Assembly (NCBI RefSeq): GCF_013004595.1
Contig: NZ_JABEMC010000001.1
Location: 124,001-188,000 of the forward strand
Origin: Brevibacterium luteolum
Lineage (GTDB): Bacteria > Actinomycetota > Actinomycetes > Actinomycetales > Brevibacteriaceae
Direction: 5' to 3'
DNA: 64,000 nt
In this document: one piece after another, positions 32,477 through 42,228 of the stretch
Layout of the letters: every line of letters starts with the position of its first letter
How positions within the stretch are numbered: the first letter of the stretch is position 1
The notes under the pieces: model-generated
What the model saw: only the letters and a program-made list of their open reading frames with translations
Databases searched by the model: none
What the model was told of the DNA's origin: nothing
Made by a program: the position numbers and the translations under genes

Positions 32477-33091
32477 ATGACGACGACAGCCCAGACCGGC
32501 AGCCGGGCACCGCAGCTGCGGCCGATCAGCCCAGCCGGGCACCGCCATGCCGACATGGACGCCGGCTCGAGTGCGGCAGTGCGCCTGCGCGAGATCCCGT
32601 TCGCGCAGATGCTCGCGATCCGCGCCGAACCCGGCTCGCCGATGGCCGCTGCCGTCGAGGCCGAGGTCGGCCGCCTGCCGGCTGCGGTCAAGCAGGTGAC
32701 GGTCAGTCAGCAGGCCACGACCTGCTGGCTGAGCCCTGATGAGTTCCTCGCCGTGCTCACAGATGAGTCGCTCACTGCCGCCGCCGAGGTGGCGGAGACG
32801 ATCATGGCCCATGCCGGTTCTGCTTCCGGTCACGTCCTCGATGTCTCAGCCAACCGCACGACCCTCGAACTGGCCGGCCCTGCCGCCCGGGACATCCTCG
32901 AATCGTCAGCGACGATCGACCTGCACCCGCGGATGTTCCCGGTCGGCACCGCCGTGGCGACGAATTTCGCTCAGACCCAGGTGATCCTGCACAAGATAGG
33001 GGAGGAGACGTGGCGGATCCTGCTGCGCTCCTCGTTCGCCGACTACGTCGTCACCTGGCTGCTCGACGCGATGGAGGAGTACCGGGACTGA
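32477..33091 (+). CDS. soxG: sarcosine oxidase subunit gamma
   Basis: WLSPDEFL, DVSANRT, DLHP, RSSFADY. Confidence 0.9.
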   Translation: MTTTAQTGSRAPQLRPISPAGHRHADMDAGSSAAVRLREIPFAQMLAIRAEPGSPMAAAVEAEVGRLPAAVKQVTVSQQATTCWLSPDEFLAVLTDESLTAAAEVAETIMAHAGSASGHVLDVSANRTTLELAGPAARDILESSATIDLHPRMFPVGTAVATNFAQTQVILHKIGEETWRILLRSSFADYVVTWLLDAMEEYRD

Positions 33092-33437
33092 GGACGACGC
33101 AGCCAGGTCACCTTCCAGTGATCATGATTGCGTGACTCGCTGGCGAACCCCATGTCCCATGCGATGCCAAAAAAGAACCGGCCCATACACAGATAGTGGC
33201 CAGAGCCTGCATCTGCGAGAGGGGCGCGGTGTTTATGGCTCGAGGATACGGCATTGGATGAAGGGCGGTCACGTTGCTTGCCGACTTCTCACATGCCTGC
33301 CCGTGGCGGGGGCTTCGAACAGGTCGAGTGCAGGGCAGGTAGCATCAGCCGCAGGGAACCCCGCCCCAACAGCGGGCTCCCTGCGGCTTGTGCATGCAGC
33401 GCTGGCCGGAACGCCGATGCCTGATGAGAGGGCTGCC

Positions 33438-33950
33438 ATGGCTGACATCACGACCCCAGAGATCATCGACTTCCCCGGCAGCCCCACCGCTGTCGTCCGC
33501 GCCGAAGGGCTGGAGGTCGCCGAGATCGCCGCCTACATGGATGAGACCTTCGCCGCCTTGACCCTGGCGATCGAGAACGGCGACATCACTCCGGCAGGCC
33601 CGGCCTTCTGCCGCTACGACACCGCGATGGTCCCCGACGAGACCGGCCAGCTGCCGCCGCTCGACCTCGAAGCCGGATTCCCACTCGCATCCGCACTCGA
33701 CGCTGCACTCACCATCGGCGAAGTCCGCATCGACCCATCCGAGCTTCCGGCCTGCCAACTGGCGGTCACGAAGCACACCGGCCCCTATGACGGTCTCGGC
33801 GAGGCATGGGAACAGTGCACGCAGGCACTCGTCGATGACGGATACTCACTCGGCATGCCCTACTGGGAGGCCTACGACACCGAACCGACCCCGGACACCG
33901 ACCCGGCCACGCTCGTGACCGGACTCGCCGTCCCCGTCACCCGCGACTGA
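33438..33950 (+). CDS. GyrI-like small-molecule-binding protein
   Basis: HTGPYDGL..AW, WEAY motifs. Confidence 0.75.
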   Translation: MADITTPEIIDFPGSPTAVVRAEGLEVAEIAAYMDETFAALTLAIENGDITPAGPAFCRYDTAMVPDETGQLPPLDLEAGFPLASALDAALTIGEVRIDPSELPACQLAVTKHTGPYDGLGEAWEQCTQALVDDGYSLGMPYWEAYDTEPTPDTDPATLVTGLAVPVTRD

Positions 33951-34098
33951 GCCCAATCCGCTCTGCCGGTCGCCTGAACCCTGCCGGCCACGTGCGCCCT
34001 GCCAGCACGGACGGCCGCCCAGACACGAACATGCCCCGCACAGCCGGAGGAACTGTGCGGGGCATGCCGCGTCGATCGCGCAGGTCAGCTCACGGAGC

Positions 34099-36147
34099 TC
34101 ACCGTTCGTCGGGCAGGCGAGTGCTGGCCTCACCGGCCCGGCGGGCGACGTCGGACTGCTCCCGGTCGCTTCGGCTGCGGGTGAAGAGGTTCTTCGTGGC
34201 CGAGAGCCGGTAGTCGATGCGGTTGTCGACGCGGTGATCGACCTTGTCGCCGAGCACATCGTCGAACTCGTCGGAGAGGTACTCCGACATCTGCTTGCTC
34301 TCAATGACGCGCTTGATCGCGACCTGCCGGGCGTCTTCCTTGCGGAACGCCTGCACTGAGGCGACCGCGATGAGGATGAGCACGATCGAGAACGGAAGCG
34401 CTGTGGCAAGGGATGCCGCTTGCAGCGCTTCCAGACCGCCTGCCAGCAGCAGGCCGATGGCGATAGCGCCTTCGAGTGCGCAGAAGAGGATGCGCGACCA
34501 CATCGGCGGGTTCGGGTGTCCGCCGGATGCGAGCATGTCGACGACGAGCGACCCGGAGTCCGATGAGGTGATGAAGAAGACCGTCACGAGGATGATCGCC
34601 AGGACGGACATGATCGCACCCATCGGCAGACCGGAGAGCACGTCGAACAGCGCCTTCTCAGCGACCACGCCCTCCTGCGGGTCGACGAGCCCGCCGGAGC
34701 CGAACAGCTCCTGGTGGATACCGGCGCCACCGAGCACGGAGAACCAGAAGAAGCCGACGAGCGAGGGCACGACGAGCACACCGGCGATGAATTCGCGCAC
34801 GGTGCGCCCGCGCGAGATCCGGGCGATGAACACGCCGACGAAGGGCGCCCAGGAGATCCACCAGCCCCAGTAGAAGATGGTCCAGGCCGAGTTCCATTCT
34901 GCGCCCTCAGCGCCGGTGAAGGCACCGGCATCGAAGGTGAGGTTGAAGAAGTTCGCCAGGTACACACCGAGGGACTCGATGAAGTTCTCGAATAGGAACA
35001 GCGTCGGCCCGAGCATGAGCACGGCGATGAGCAGCAGGCCGGCGACGGACAGGTTGATGTTCGACAGCCACTTGATGCCTGCGCCCACACCTGAGACCAC
35101 CGACAGGGTGGCCAGGAAGGTGATGCCGGTGATGAGGATGATGAGGAAGGTGTTGTCGACGGTGTCGACGACGCCGATCTCCTGCAGACCCGAGGAGATC
35201 TGCTGGACGCCCAGGCCCAGCGAGGTGGCGATGCCGAAGACGGTGCCGAACACGGCGAGGATGTCGATGAGGTCACCGACCCAGCCGCGCACGCGGTCGC
35301 CGAGGAGGGGCTCGAGTGCCCAGCGGATCGAGACCGGGCGGCCCCGCCGGTGGATGGCGTAGGCCAGTGCAAGGCCGATGACGGCATAGATCGACCACGG
35401 GTGCAGTCCCCAGTGGATGAACGTCTGCGCCATCGCCAGATGCTGCTGCTCGACTCCGTCGGTCGGCCAGCCCGGTTTGGGCGTGGTCGTCGCATAGGTC
35501 AGCGGCTCGCCGACACCGTAGAACACCAGGCCGATGCCCATACCGGCAGCGAACAGCATCGCAAACCACGACAGCAGCCCGAACTCCGGCTCTTCACCGT
35601 CGTCGCCAAGCCGGATCTTGCCGAACTTCGAGACCCCGATGCCGATCGAGAAGAACACGAACCCGCCGATGACGAGCATGTAGTACCAGCCGAGGTTGTG
35701 CACGATCCAGCTGTTCATGCTGGTGAGCACCTTGCCGGTGGTGTCCTGGAACAGGATCGCCAGCACCGCGATGAGGCCGATGAGCAGGATCGAGGGCCAG
35801 AACACGGCCGGTGCGATGAGGCCGCTCTTATTCAGCCGCACGCCCTGGGCCATGAGCTTGGCCGCGATCCGCGAGTCGGCGTCGTCCTCCTCGATCTGCA
35901 GGTAGTCCGGCAGCCGCAGCTCCTCGGCGTCGCGGACGTCCTCGCGCAGGTGCGCAGGAGCCGCTTCGACGGCGGTCGTCGTCTTCCCGCCTGACACCGT
36001 GCCCGAGGCGGTGGCCCCGGTGCTGCCCGAGGTGCCGTTGCCTGAGGTTTCGTTGCCCGAGGTGCCGGTCGAGTCGGTGGAATCGGGTCGCCTATCGGAG
36101 TGATCCGGTTCGTTGTCGCGTCTTGTATGGTCAGTATTCACTGTCAT
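34099..36147 (-). CDS. BCCT (betaine/choline/carnitine) transporter
   Basis: SWFAMLFAAGMGIG, HWGLHPW, WTIFYWGWWISWAPFVG. Confidence 0.93.
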   Translation of the reverse strand: MTVNTDHTRRDNEPDHSDRRPDSTDSTGTSGNETSGNGTSGSTGATASGTVSGGKTTTAVEAAPAHLREDVRDAEELRLPDYLQIEEDDADSRIAAKLMAQGVRLNKSGLIAPAVFWPSILLIGLIAVLAILFQDTTGKVLTSMNSWIVHNLGWYYMLVIGGFVFFSIGIGVSKFGKIRLGDDGEEPEFGLLSWFAMLFAAGMGIGLVFYGVGEPLTYATTTPKPGWPTDGVEQQHLAMAQTFIHWGLHPWSIYAVIGLALAYAIHRRGRPVSIRWALEPLLGDRVRGWVGDLIDILAVFGTVFGIATSLGLGVQQISSGLQEIGVVDTVDNTFLIILITGITFLATLSVVSGVGAGIKWLSNINLSVAGLLLIAVLMLGPTLFLFENFIESLGVYLANFFNLTFDAGAFTGAEGAEWNSAWTIFYWGWWISWAPFVGVFIARISRGRTVREFIAGVLVVPSLVGFFWFSVLGGAGIHQELFGSGGLVDPQEGVVAEKALFDVLSGLPMGAIMSVLAIILVTVFFITSSDSGSLVVDMLASGGHPNPPMWSRILFCALEGAIAIGLLLAGGLEALQAASLATALPFSIVLILIAVASVQAFRKEDARQVAIKRVIESKQMSEYLSDEFDDVLGDKVDHRVDNRIDYRLSATKNLFTRSRSDREQSDVARRAGEASTRLPDER

Positions 36148-36457
36148 TCTTTCCGTATTGTCAGCGGATCTGCGTATCGAACTCCGTCACATACCATTTC
36201 GGAATGTCTGCCTGGCGGCAAATTGCAGCGGGGTCCCGGTGAGGCGCCTCACATGCGTCGTCACCCTTCTACAGTAACCGCGTTGGCGGCTCAGTGGCCG
36301 GAACCGGCTTTCGCGACCGCTATTGAACACTGTTCGTTGCGGTTCTGTGACCAGCAGTGACATGCAATCGCAACACTCCTGTCATACGCCCTCCTTAGAC
36401 TCGTGCTCACGCTGCGCGCCCACGCGCGCAGCGCAGTCGATCCCCGAGGTGCTCCCC

Positions 36458-37546
36458 ATGCATGTCTTCCGCCGTGTCGTCCTTCCCGTCAGCTACCTGG
36501 TGGTGCTGCTTATCATCGCCGTGGCTCTGGCATGGCTGGCATTCCGCCCGCAGACCTCCGAGACCGTCGGCGGTGAGCCGACCGGGGAGACGCTGGCCGA
36601 GGAGGCGATCGTCGAACGCGGCGACGTGTCGAACAAGCTCACCTTCGACGGCAAGATCGAAGTCGAACCGGCCAAGGACGCCAAGGCCAGTGAGACCGGC
36701 ACCCTCGTCCACGTCTTTGAGGAATCCGGCCGCCAGGTCAAGCAGGGCGCCCAGCTCTACCAGATCAAGGTCGAAGGCGAAGCCCCCGAACCGGCCCCAG
36801 AGCCCGGTGACGGCGATGACCTCGGCGATGACGCCCCGGCCCCCGCCGCCCCACCGGCCCCGCGCCCGCGCTACATCAACGTCGTCGCGCCGGCTGACGG
36901 CGTCGTCGGTGAGTACAGCGTCGAGAAGGGCGAAGACGTCTCCAAGGGCCAGGCGGTCACGAGCATCGAACAGGACTCCTTCCGCGCCGTCGCCTCGATC
37001 GAACCCGCCCAGCTTTACCGCATCCCGAAGATGCCCGGCGCCGGCACCGTCACGATCACCGACGGACCGCAGCCCTTCGAATGCACGAGCCTGCGCCTCA
37101 ACCAGGTCTCCGGCAGCCGCGGGTCCGGCGGAACCGACACCTCGGGTGCGGACGAGGAGCCCAGCGACGACTCCTCCGAGGATGCGGCTCCAGCCCTGGG
37201 TGCCGGATCCGGGCCCTCGCTCAGCTGCGAGGTGCCCGATGAGGTCACCGTCTACAACGGCCTGGACATGAAACTCGAACTCGACGCCGGCACCGCCACC
37301 GATGTGCTCGTCGTGCCGACCACCGCCGTGCGCGGGGCGATCGGCGAGGGCAGCGTGTGGGTCATCGGCGAGACCGGCGAACCGGTCGAGACGAAGGTCA
37401 AGCTCGGCCTCAACGACGGCGAGCACGTCGAGATCACCGAGGGCCTCGAAGAGGGCCAGACGATCGCCGCCTACGTCCCCGGCGCCCAGCCGGAGGCCGA
37501 CGAGGAGTACAACGACCTCGGCGAGTTCGACGCGGGGGACATGTGA
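36458..37546 (+). CDS. MacA/YknX-like membrane-fusion adaptor
   Basis: N-terminal TM; VERGD, VLVVP..AV, VKLGL..G..VEI.EGL. Confidence 0.7.
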   Translation: MHVFRRVVLPVSYLVVLLIIAVALAWLAFRPQTSETVGGEPTGETLAEEAIVERGDVSNKLTFDGKIEVEPAKDAKASETGTLVHVFEESGRQVKQGAQLYQIKVEGEAPEPAPEPGDGDDLGDDAPAPAAPPAPRPRYINVVAPADGVVGEYSVEKGEDVSKGQAVTSIEQDSFRAVASIEPAQLYRIPKMPGAGTVTITDGPQPFECTSLRLNQVSGSRGSGGTDTSGADEEPSDDSSEDAAPALGAGSGPSLSCEVPDEVTVYNGLDMKLELDAGTATDVLVVPTTAVRGAIGEGSVWVIGETGEPVETKVKLGLNDGEHVEITEGLEEGQTIAAYVPGAQPEADEEYNDLGEFDAGDM

Positions 37547-38280
37547 GCGCCCCGATCCTGCAGCTGCGCGACGTCACCCGCTCCGTCCGGCTGCCCAACG
37601 ACAGCATCCTCGACATCCTCACCGGCATCGACGTCGACGTCTACCCGCGCGACCACGTCGGCATCGTCGGCCGCTCGGGAACCGGCAAATCGACCCTGCT
37701 CAACATCCTCGGCCTGCTCGACCGGCCTACCAGCGGGGGCATGTGGTTCGCCGGGACCGAGGTGTCGCGCATCGCCCAGCGCAAGGCCGCCGTGATCCGC
37801 GGCCGGGACATCGGGTTCGTGTTCCAGCAGTTCAACCTGCTGCCCGGCCGCACCGCCCTGGAGAATGTCGAAGCCCCGCTGCTCTACGGCACCCCATCGG
37901 AGTTCTGGCAGCGCCGCAAGCTCGCCACCCGCGCACTCGAGCGCCTCGGACTCGGCCACCGCCTGAACCAGCTGCCGATCGCACTCTCCGGAGGCGAGCA
38001 GCAGCGGGTCGCGATCGCGAGGGCGATCGTGCGCTCCCCGCGCGTGCTGCTCGCCGATGAGCCCACCGGCGCCCTCGACGTCGACACCGGACTGTCGGTC
38101 ATGCGGCTGTTGGAGAAGATCACCTCTGAAGGCGACTGCTCGCTCATCACCATCACCCACGACCCGAACATCGCCGCGATGGCCGGCCGCCGCTTCCAGC
38201 TCAAGGACGGCCACCTGCACCTGCTCGAAACCGCCACCGCAGCCGAAGTCGCCTCCCACCTCGGCGGAGGTGCGGCATGA
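37543..38280 (+). CDS. ABC exporter ATP-binding protein (MacB/LolD-like)
   Basis: GRSGTGKS, LSGGEQQR, LADEPTGALD; GTG overlaps upstream stop. Confidence 0.92.
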   Translation: MSAPILQLRDVTRSVRLPNDSILDILTGIDVDVYPRDHVGIVGRSGTGKSTLLNILGLLDRPTSGGMWFAGTEVSRIAQRKAAVIRGRDIGFVFQQFNLLPGRTALENVEAPLLYGTPSEFWQRRKLATRALERLGLGHRLNQLPIALSGGEQQRVAIARAIVRSPRVLLADEPTGALDVDTGLSVMRLLEKITSEGDCSLITITHDPNIAAMAGRRFQLKDGHLHLLETATAAEVASHLGGGAA

Positions 38281-39458
38281 CGACGATCGTGTCCCTGCTC
38301 GCCGAGGCCTGGCAGGAGCTGCGCATCCACAAGCTGCGCGTGCTGCTGTCCCTCATCGGCGTCGGTGTCGCCGTGTGCGCGCTTACCCTCGTCGTCGCGC
38401 TCGGTGCGATCACCGAACGCGTCCAGCAGGAGTCGATGGAGCGCCTCGGCGGCCGGCCGGTGACCCTGAGCCTGGGCGCACCCTCACTGCGCAGCGCGGC
38501 TGAATACGAGGTGTTCCGCGACAAGCTCGACGCCGAGGCCGAGCGGTTCGGCATCAGCCACATCTCCGCGGTCTCCGAGGAGTTCGGCTCGGTCGCCGTC
38601 CACGACACCCCCTATGAGGTCGGCCTCAACGCCGTCGACCCCGACTACCGCATCATGCGCCACCAGATCGTCGCCGCCGGCCGTTGGTTCGAACCCGGCG
38701 ACGAGCGCAACATGTCCCCGCCGGTGGTGGTGACGACGAACTTCTTCGACGAGACCGGCATCAGCGCAGCCGACCTGCCGATGACGATCACCGCCCCGAG
38801 CGGGGCGAGCGCCACCATCATCGGTGCGGTGCAGGGCGGCGGCGTATTCGAGTCCGCCTCCCTGTACTTCCTGCCCGAGCACATGCCGGTCATGAGCCCC
38901 GAGTCCGGATTCGACTCGCTGCGCTTCGAGCTGTGGGTGCCTGAGCACAACCACAAGGCCCTGACCAAGCAGCTGAACGCAGCAGTCAAGTCCAGCCTCG
39001 GTGTTGAGAGCATCGAGCGCAGCGACTATGCCGAGGACGGCGACATGGGCCTGGCCCTGGTGAAGATGATCCTGCTCGCCATCGCCGGCATCATCATGGC
39101 CATGGGCGTACTCGGCATGATCAACATCGCCGTCGTGACGATCCAGCAGCGGATCCGCGAGATCGGCATCCGGCGCAGCTTCGGCGCCTCCTCGGGACGG
39201 GTGTTCTTCGCCGTCATGATGGAAAGCGTCGTCGGCACCTTCGTCGCAGGTCTCATCGGGGTCGGCACGGCGATCCTGCTGCTGCGCAACCCATTCGTGG
39301 CCGACAAGCTCTTCGGCGGACTGGCCGAACCGCCCCCGTTCCCGCTCTCAGCCGCGGTCGTCGGAATGCTCGTCGCGCTCGCCGTCGGCGGACTGGCCGG
39401 TCTCATCCCAGCCCTCGTCGCCACCCGTATCCGGATCATCGACGCGATCCGCACCTGA
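38277..39458 (+). CDS. ABC exporter permease (FtsX/MacB family)
   Basis: R.LLSLIGV, RIREIGIRRSFGA, C-terminal PA...IDAIR. Confidence 0.9.
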   Translation: MTTIVSLLAEAWQELRIHKLRVLLSLIGVGVAVCALTLVVALGAITERVQQESMERLGGRPVTLSLGAPSLRSAAEYEVFRDKLDAEAERFGISHISAVSEEFGSVAVHDTPYEVGLNAVDPDYRIMRHQIVAAGRWFEPGDERNMSPPVVVTTNFFDETGISAADLPMTITAPSGASATIIGAVQGGGVFESASLYFLPEHMPVMSPESGFDSLRFELWVPEHNHKALTKQLNAAVKSSLGVESIERSDYAEDGDMGLALVKMILLAIAGIIMAMGVLGMINIAVVTIQQRIREIGIRRSFGASSGRVFFAVMMESVVGTFVAGLIGVGTAILLLRNPFVADKLFGGLAEPPPFPLSAAVVGMLVALAVGGLAGLIPALVATRIRIIDAIRT

Positions 39459-39517
39459 CCCGGCCGCCGCCTCGGGTGCGGACCCGACCACCGCCTCGGG
39501 CACGGACCCGGTGCCCC

Positions 39518-39967
39518 TCACATCACGGTCGCGGCGACCGTGGCGGCCATCTCGGTGACCTGTGCGAGGTGCTCCTCGCCGACCTCGCCGGTGAAGGTGA
39601 CCGGCTCGAAGGCCTTCTCCCACCCGAATCCGGTGGTGATCGCCTCCATCGCCTTCTCGGCCCCCGTTGTGTCGTAGCCGCCGTGGATCCAGTAGGAGAA
39701 CGGCCGCCCGGCGGTCTGCTCGCGGGTGTCGTAGTAGGTGGTGTCGAAGAAATGCTTGAGGGCACCGGAGATGTAGCCGAAGTTCGCCGTCGTGCCGAGC
39801 ACGTATGCGTCAGCTGCGAGCACATCGTCTGCTGTCGCCTCGAGTGCGGCCCGCTCGATGACCTCGACGCCGTCGAGTTCGGGCATATTCAGTCCCTCCC
39901 GCGCAGCCGCAGCGAGCTCTTCAGTCGCTGGCGAGGGCGAATGGTGGACGAGCAGCACACGTGCCAT
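39518..39967 (-). CDS. flavodoxin-like protein
   Basis: VHHSPS, GTTANFGYISGALKHFFD. Confidence 0.8.
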   Translation of the reverse strand: MARVLLVHHSPSPATEELAAAAREGLNMPELDGVEVIERAALEATADDVLAADAYVLGTTANFGYISGALKHFFDTTYYDTREQTAGRPFSYWIHGGYDTTGAEKAMEAITTGFGWEKAFEPVTFTGEVGEEHLAQVTEMAATVAATVM

Positions 39968-40036
39968 ATCTCCACTGTAGCGAGCGCCGCGCCCGAGGTG
40001 AATGCCCGGTTTGCGCGGATCGATAGACTGCCGTGC

Positions 40037-40957
40037 ATGGCAGTCATCCGCGATCCGCTGCGCGGTGCGCGCACCCCGCAGCCGAGTCACAGCGACGAGC
40101 AGATCGCCGCAGTCATCGCCGAGCTGGCAGACTCTGCGCCGGCTGGCGAGCACCCGTGGACGGTGCTCACCGGGGCCGGAATGAGCACCGATTCCGGCAT
40201 TCCCGACTATCGCGGTCCCGGCTCCCCGCGCCGGAACCCGATGACCTACCAGACCTTTCTGTCGCATCCGCGGCAGCGCGCCCGCTATTGGGCGCGCAGC
40301 TGGGTCGGCTACCCCCGGACGCGCCTGGCCGAACCGAACCGCGGGCACGAACTCCTCGCCTGCCTCAGGCTCGGACCTCTCATCACGCAGAACGTCGACG
40401 GACTGCACATCGCCGCCGGTTCCGATCCGGTCATCGAGCTGCACGGCAGCCTCGCCAGGGTGGTGTGCCTGCAGTGCCGGCGGATCTTCGACCGCAGCTG
40501 GCTGCAGGAGGAGATGACGGCGCTGAATCCCGGCTTCGGCGAACGGCTCGAGGTCGACCTGGCTGATATCGAGACCGCTCCCGACGGCGACGTCGAACTC
40601 GATGAGACCGCCGGGTTCCGCTACCCGGACTGCCCGATCTGCGGCGGCATCCTCAAACCCGATGTCGTGTACTTCGGCGAATCCGTCCCGCGTGAGCGCG
40701 TTGAGGCCGCCACCGCCGCCGTCGATGCCGGGTCAGGGCTGCTTGTGGCCGGCAGTTCGCTGGCGGTGCACTCGGGACTGCGGTTCGTCCGCCGGGCGGC
40801 CAAGGCCGGCAAGCCGATCGTCATCGTCACCGACGGCCCGACGCGCGGCGATGACCTGGCCGATTATCGCTCCACCAGCCGGATTGCGGACTTTCTGCAG
40901 ACACTCAGCGAGAAATGTGGACGCCTTCGCACAGCAGACGGCAGACTGAGTGTATGA
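40037..40957 (+). CDS. Sir2 family NAD-dependent deacylase
   Basis: GAGMSTDSGIPDYRG, TQNVDGLH, HG..CLQC...CPIC, KPDVVYFGE. Confidence 0.92.
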   Translation: MAVIRDPLRGARTPQPSHSDEQIAAVIAELADSAPAGEHPWTVLTGAGMSTDSGIPDYRGPGSPRRNPMTYQTFLSHPRQRARYWARSWVGYPRTRLAEPNRGHELLACLRLGPLITQNVDGLHIAAGSDPVIELHGSLARVVCLQCRRIFDRSWLQEEMTALNPGFGERLEVDLADIETAPDGDVELDETAGFRYPDCPICGGILKPDVVYFGESVPRERVEAATAAVDAGSGLLVAGSSLAVHSGLRFVRRAAKAGKPIVIVTDGPTRGDDLADYRSTSRIADFLQTLSEKCGRLRTADGRLSV

Positions 40958-41742
40958 GGAAGAACTACGCACGCGACGAACGGCTCAGCCTAGCGGCGCT
41001 GATGTTCGATGTCGGCCCCGATGCACCCACCCTGTGTGAGGGATGGACGGTGCGGGATCTGGCAGTTCACCTCGTCATCCGCGACCGCCGGCCCTTCGCG
41101 CTGCCGGGCAACGCCTCTCCGCAGCTGGCCGAACGCTTCCCGTCGCTGGACCGGTACAAGACCTCGGTCGAGACCGAGTTCACCGAGATGCCGTTCGAGC
41201 AGCTCGTCGGGCTCATGGCCGAGGGCGCGCCGATCTGGTCACCGGCGAAGCTGTCGTCAGTCGACCGGGTGATGAACACCGCGGAGTTCCTCGTCCACCA
41301 CGAGGACGTCCGCCGGGCTGCCGATGACTGGCAGCCGCGCAGCCTGTCATGGGACATGCAGATGAGTGTGTGGCCGCTGCTGAAGATGCTCGTGCTGCCC
41401 CAGGCTCTCTCCCTCGGCAAGCACCTGATCTTCGACGCTCCCGGATTCGCCGGCACCACCGCCGGGCCCAAGTCCAAAGGCATCATGAAGGTCACCGGCA
41501 AGCCGCTGGAGATCCTGCTGTGGGTCTACGGCCGCAAGGACCATGCGATCGTCGAGGTCGAGGAGTTCGACCCGCCTGAGGGAACCGACCCCGAGGCGGG
41601 AGACGATGTGCAGACCGGCACCCTTCCCATCGTGGAGCCGTGCCCAGGCGACGTGAGCGCCGACGACCGTGGCGACAGCGAGCACGGTGACGCTGCCGGG
41701 CGCGGCGATGCAGCTGGGCGCGATGACGCCGCCGGGCACTGA
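40954..41742 (+). CDS. TIGR03085-type (MDMPI-like) metal-binding protein
   Basis: PTLCEGWTVRDLAVHL, EFLVHHEDVRR. Confidence 0.8.
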   Translation: MRKNYARDERLSLAALMFDVGPDAPTLCEGWTVRDLAVHLVIRDRRPFALPGNASPQLAERFPSLDRYKTSVETEFTEMPFEQLVGLMAEGAPIWSPAKLSSVDRVMNTAEFLVHHEDVRRAADDWQPRSLSWDMQMSVWPLLKMLVLPQALSLGKHLIFDAPGFAGTTAGPKSKGIMKVTGKPLEILLWVYGRKDHAIVEVEEFDPPEGTDPEAGDDVQTGTLPIVEPCPGDVSADDRGDSEHGDAAGRGDAAGRDDAAGH

Positions 41743-42036
41743 TCAGCGCTCCGGCGACTGATCCTCCGGGCCGCGCGGGCCCCGCACGTCGCGTGGGTTC
41801 ATCGCCTCGTGTTCGCCTGTCGGGCTGGCTGGACCGGTCTGGCCTGCAACCGGCGCCGCGCCTCCCGCGCTGTCGCGCTCCTGCTGAAGCCGGCGCTGCT
41901 CCTCAGCGTGCATGCGGGCGCCGATATAGGAGTTCGGCCGGTTCATCGTCCGGTAGATGAGGTAGCCGCCGCCGAAGAGCGTGATGAAGAAGAACGCGAT
42001 GACAATGAGCACCGCCAGAAGCTGCGGCTCATCCAT
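41743..42036 (-). CDS. small single-TM hypothetical protein
   Basis: GGAGG RBS before ATG; one hydrophobic helix. Confidence 0.6.
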   Translation of the reverse strand: MDEPQLLAVLIVIAFFFITLFGGGYLIYRTMNRPNSYIGARMHAEEQRRLQQERDSAGGAAPVAGQTGPASPTGEHEAMNPRDVRGPRGPEDQSPER

Positions 42037-42228
42037 CTTTCGGCCTCCTGATCTGGGGAGAAGGAAACGCGGTTCGGCAGTATGCACTCTGCGGTGCACG
42101 GGTGCCGTTCCGCCACCATGGTGCCACACCTCGTCCTCCGCGCAGCATCCGACCCAGCCACCGCCTCGGGAGCGGGGATCCACAGCGTCAGCTGAGCGAT
42201 GTCATCGGTTCGCAGTAGGGTAGGGGAT

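Noticed and set aside
33092..33437. Gene remnant or sRNA in the lower-GC gap after soxG
   Set aside because: No recognisable translation, repeats or convincing structure.
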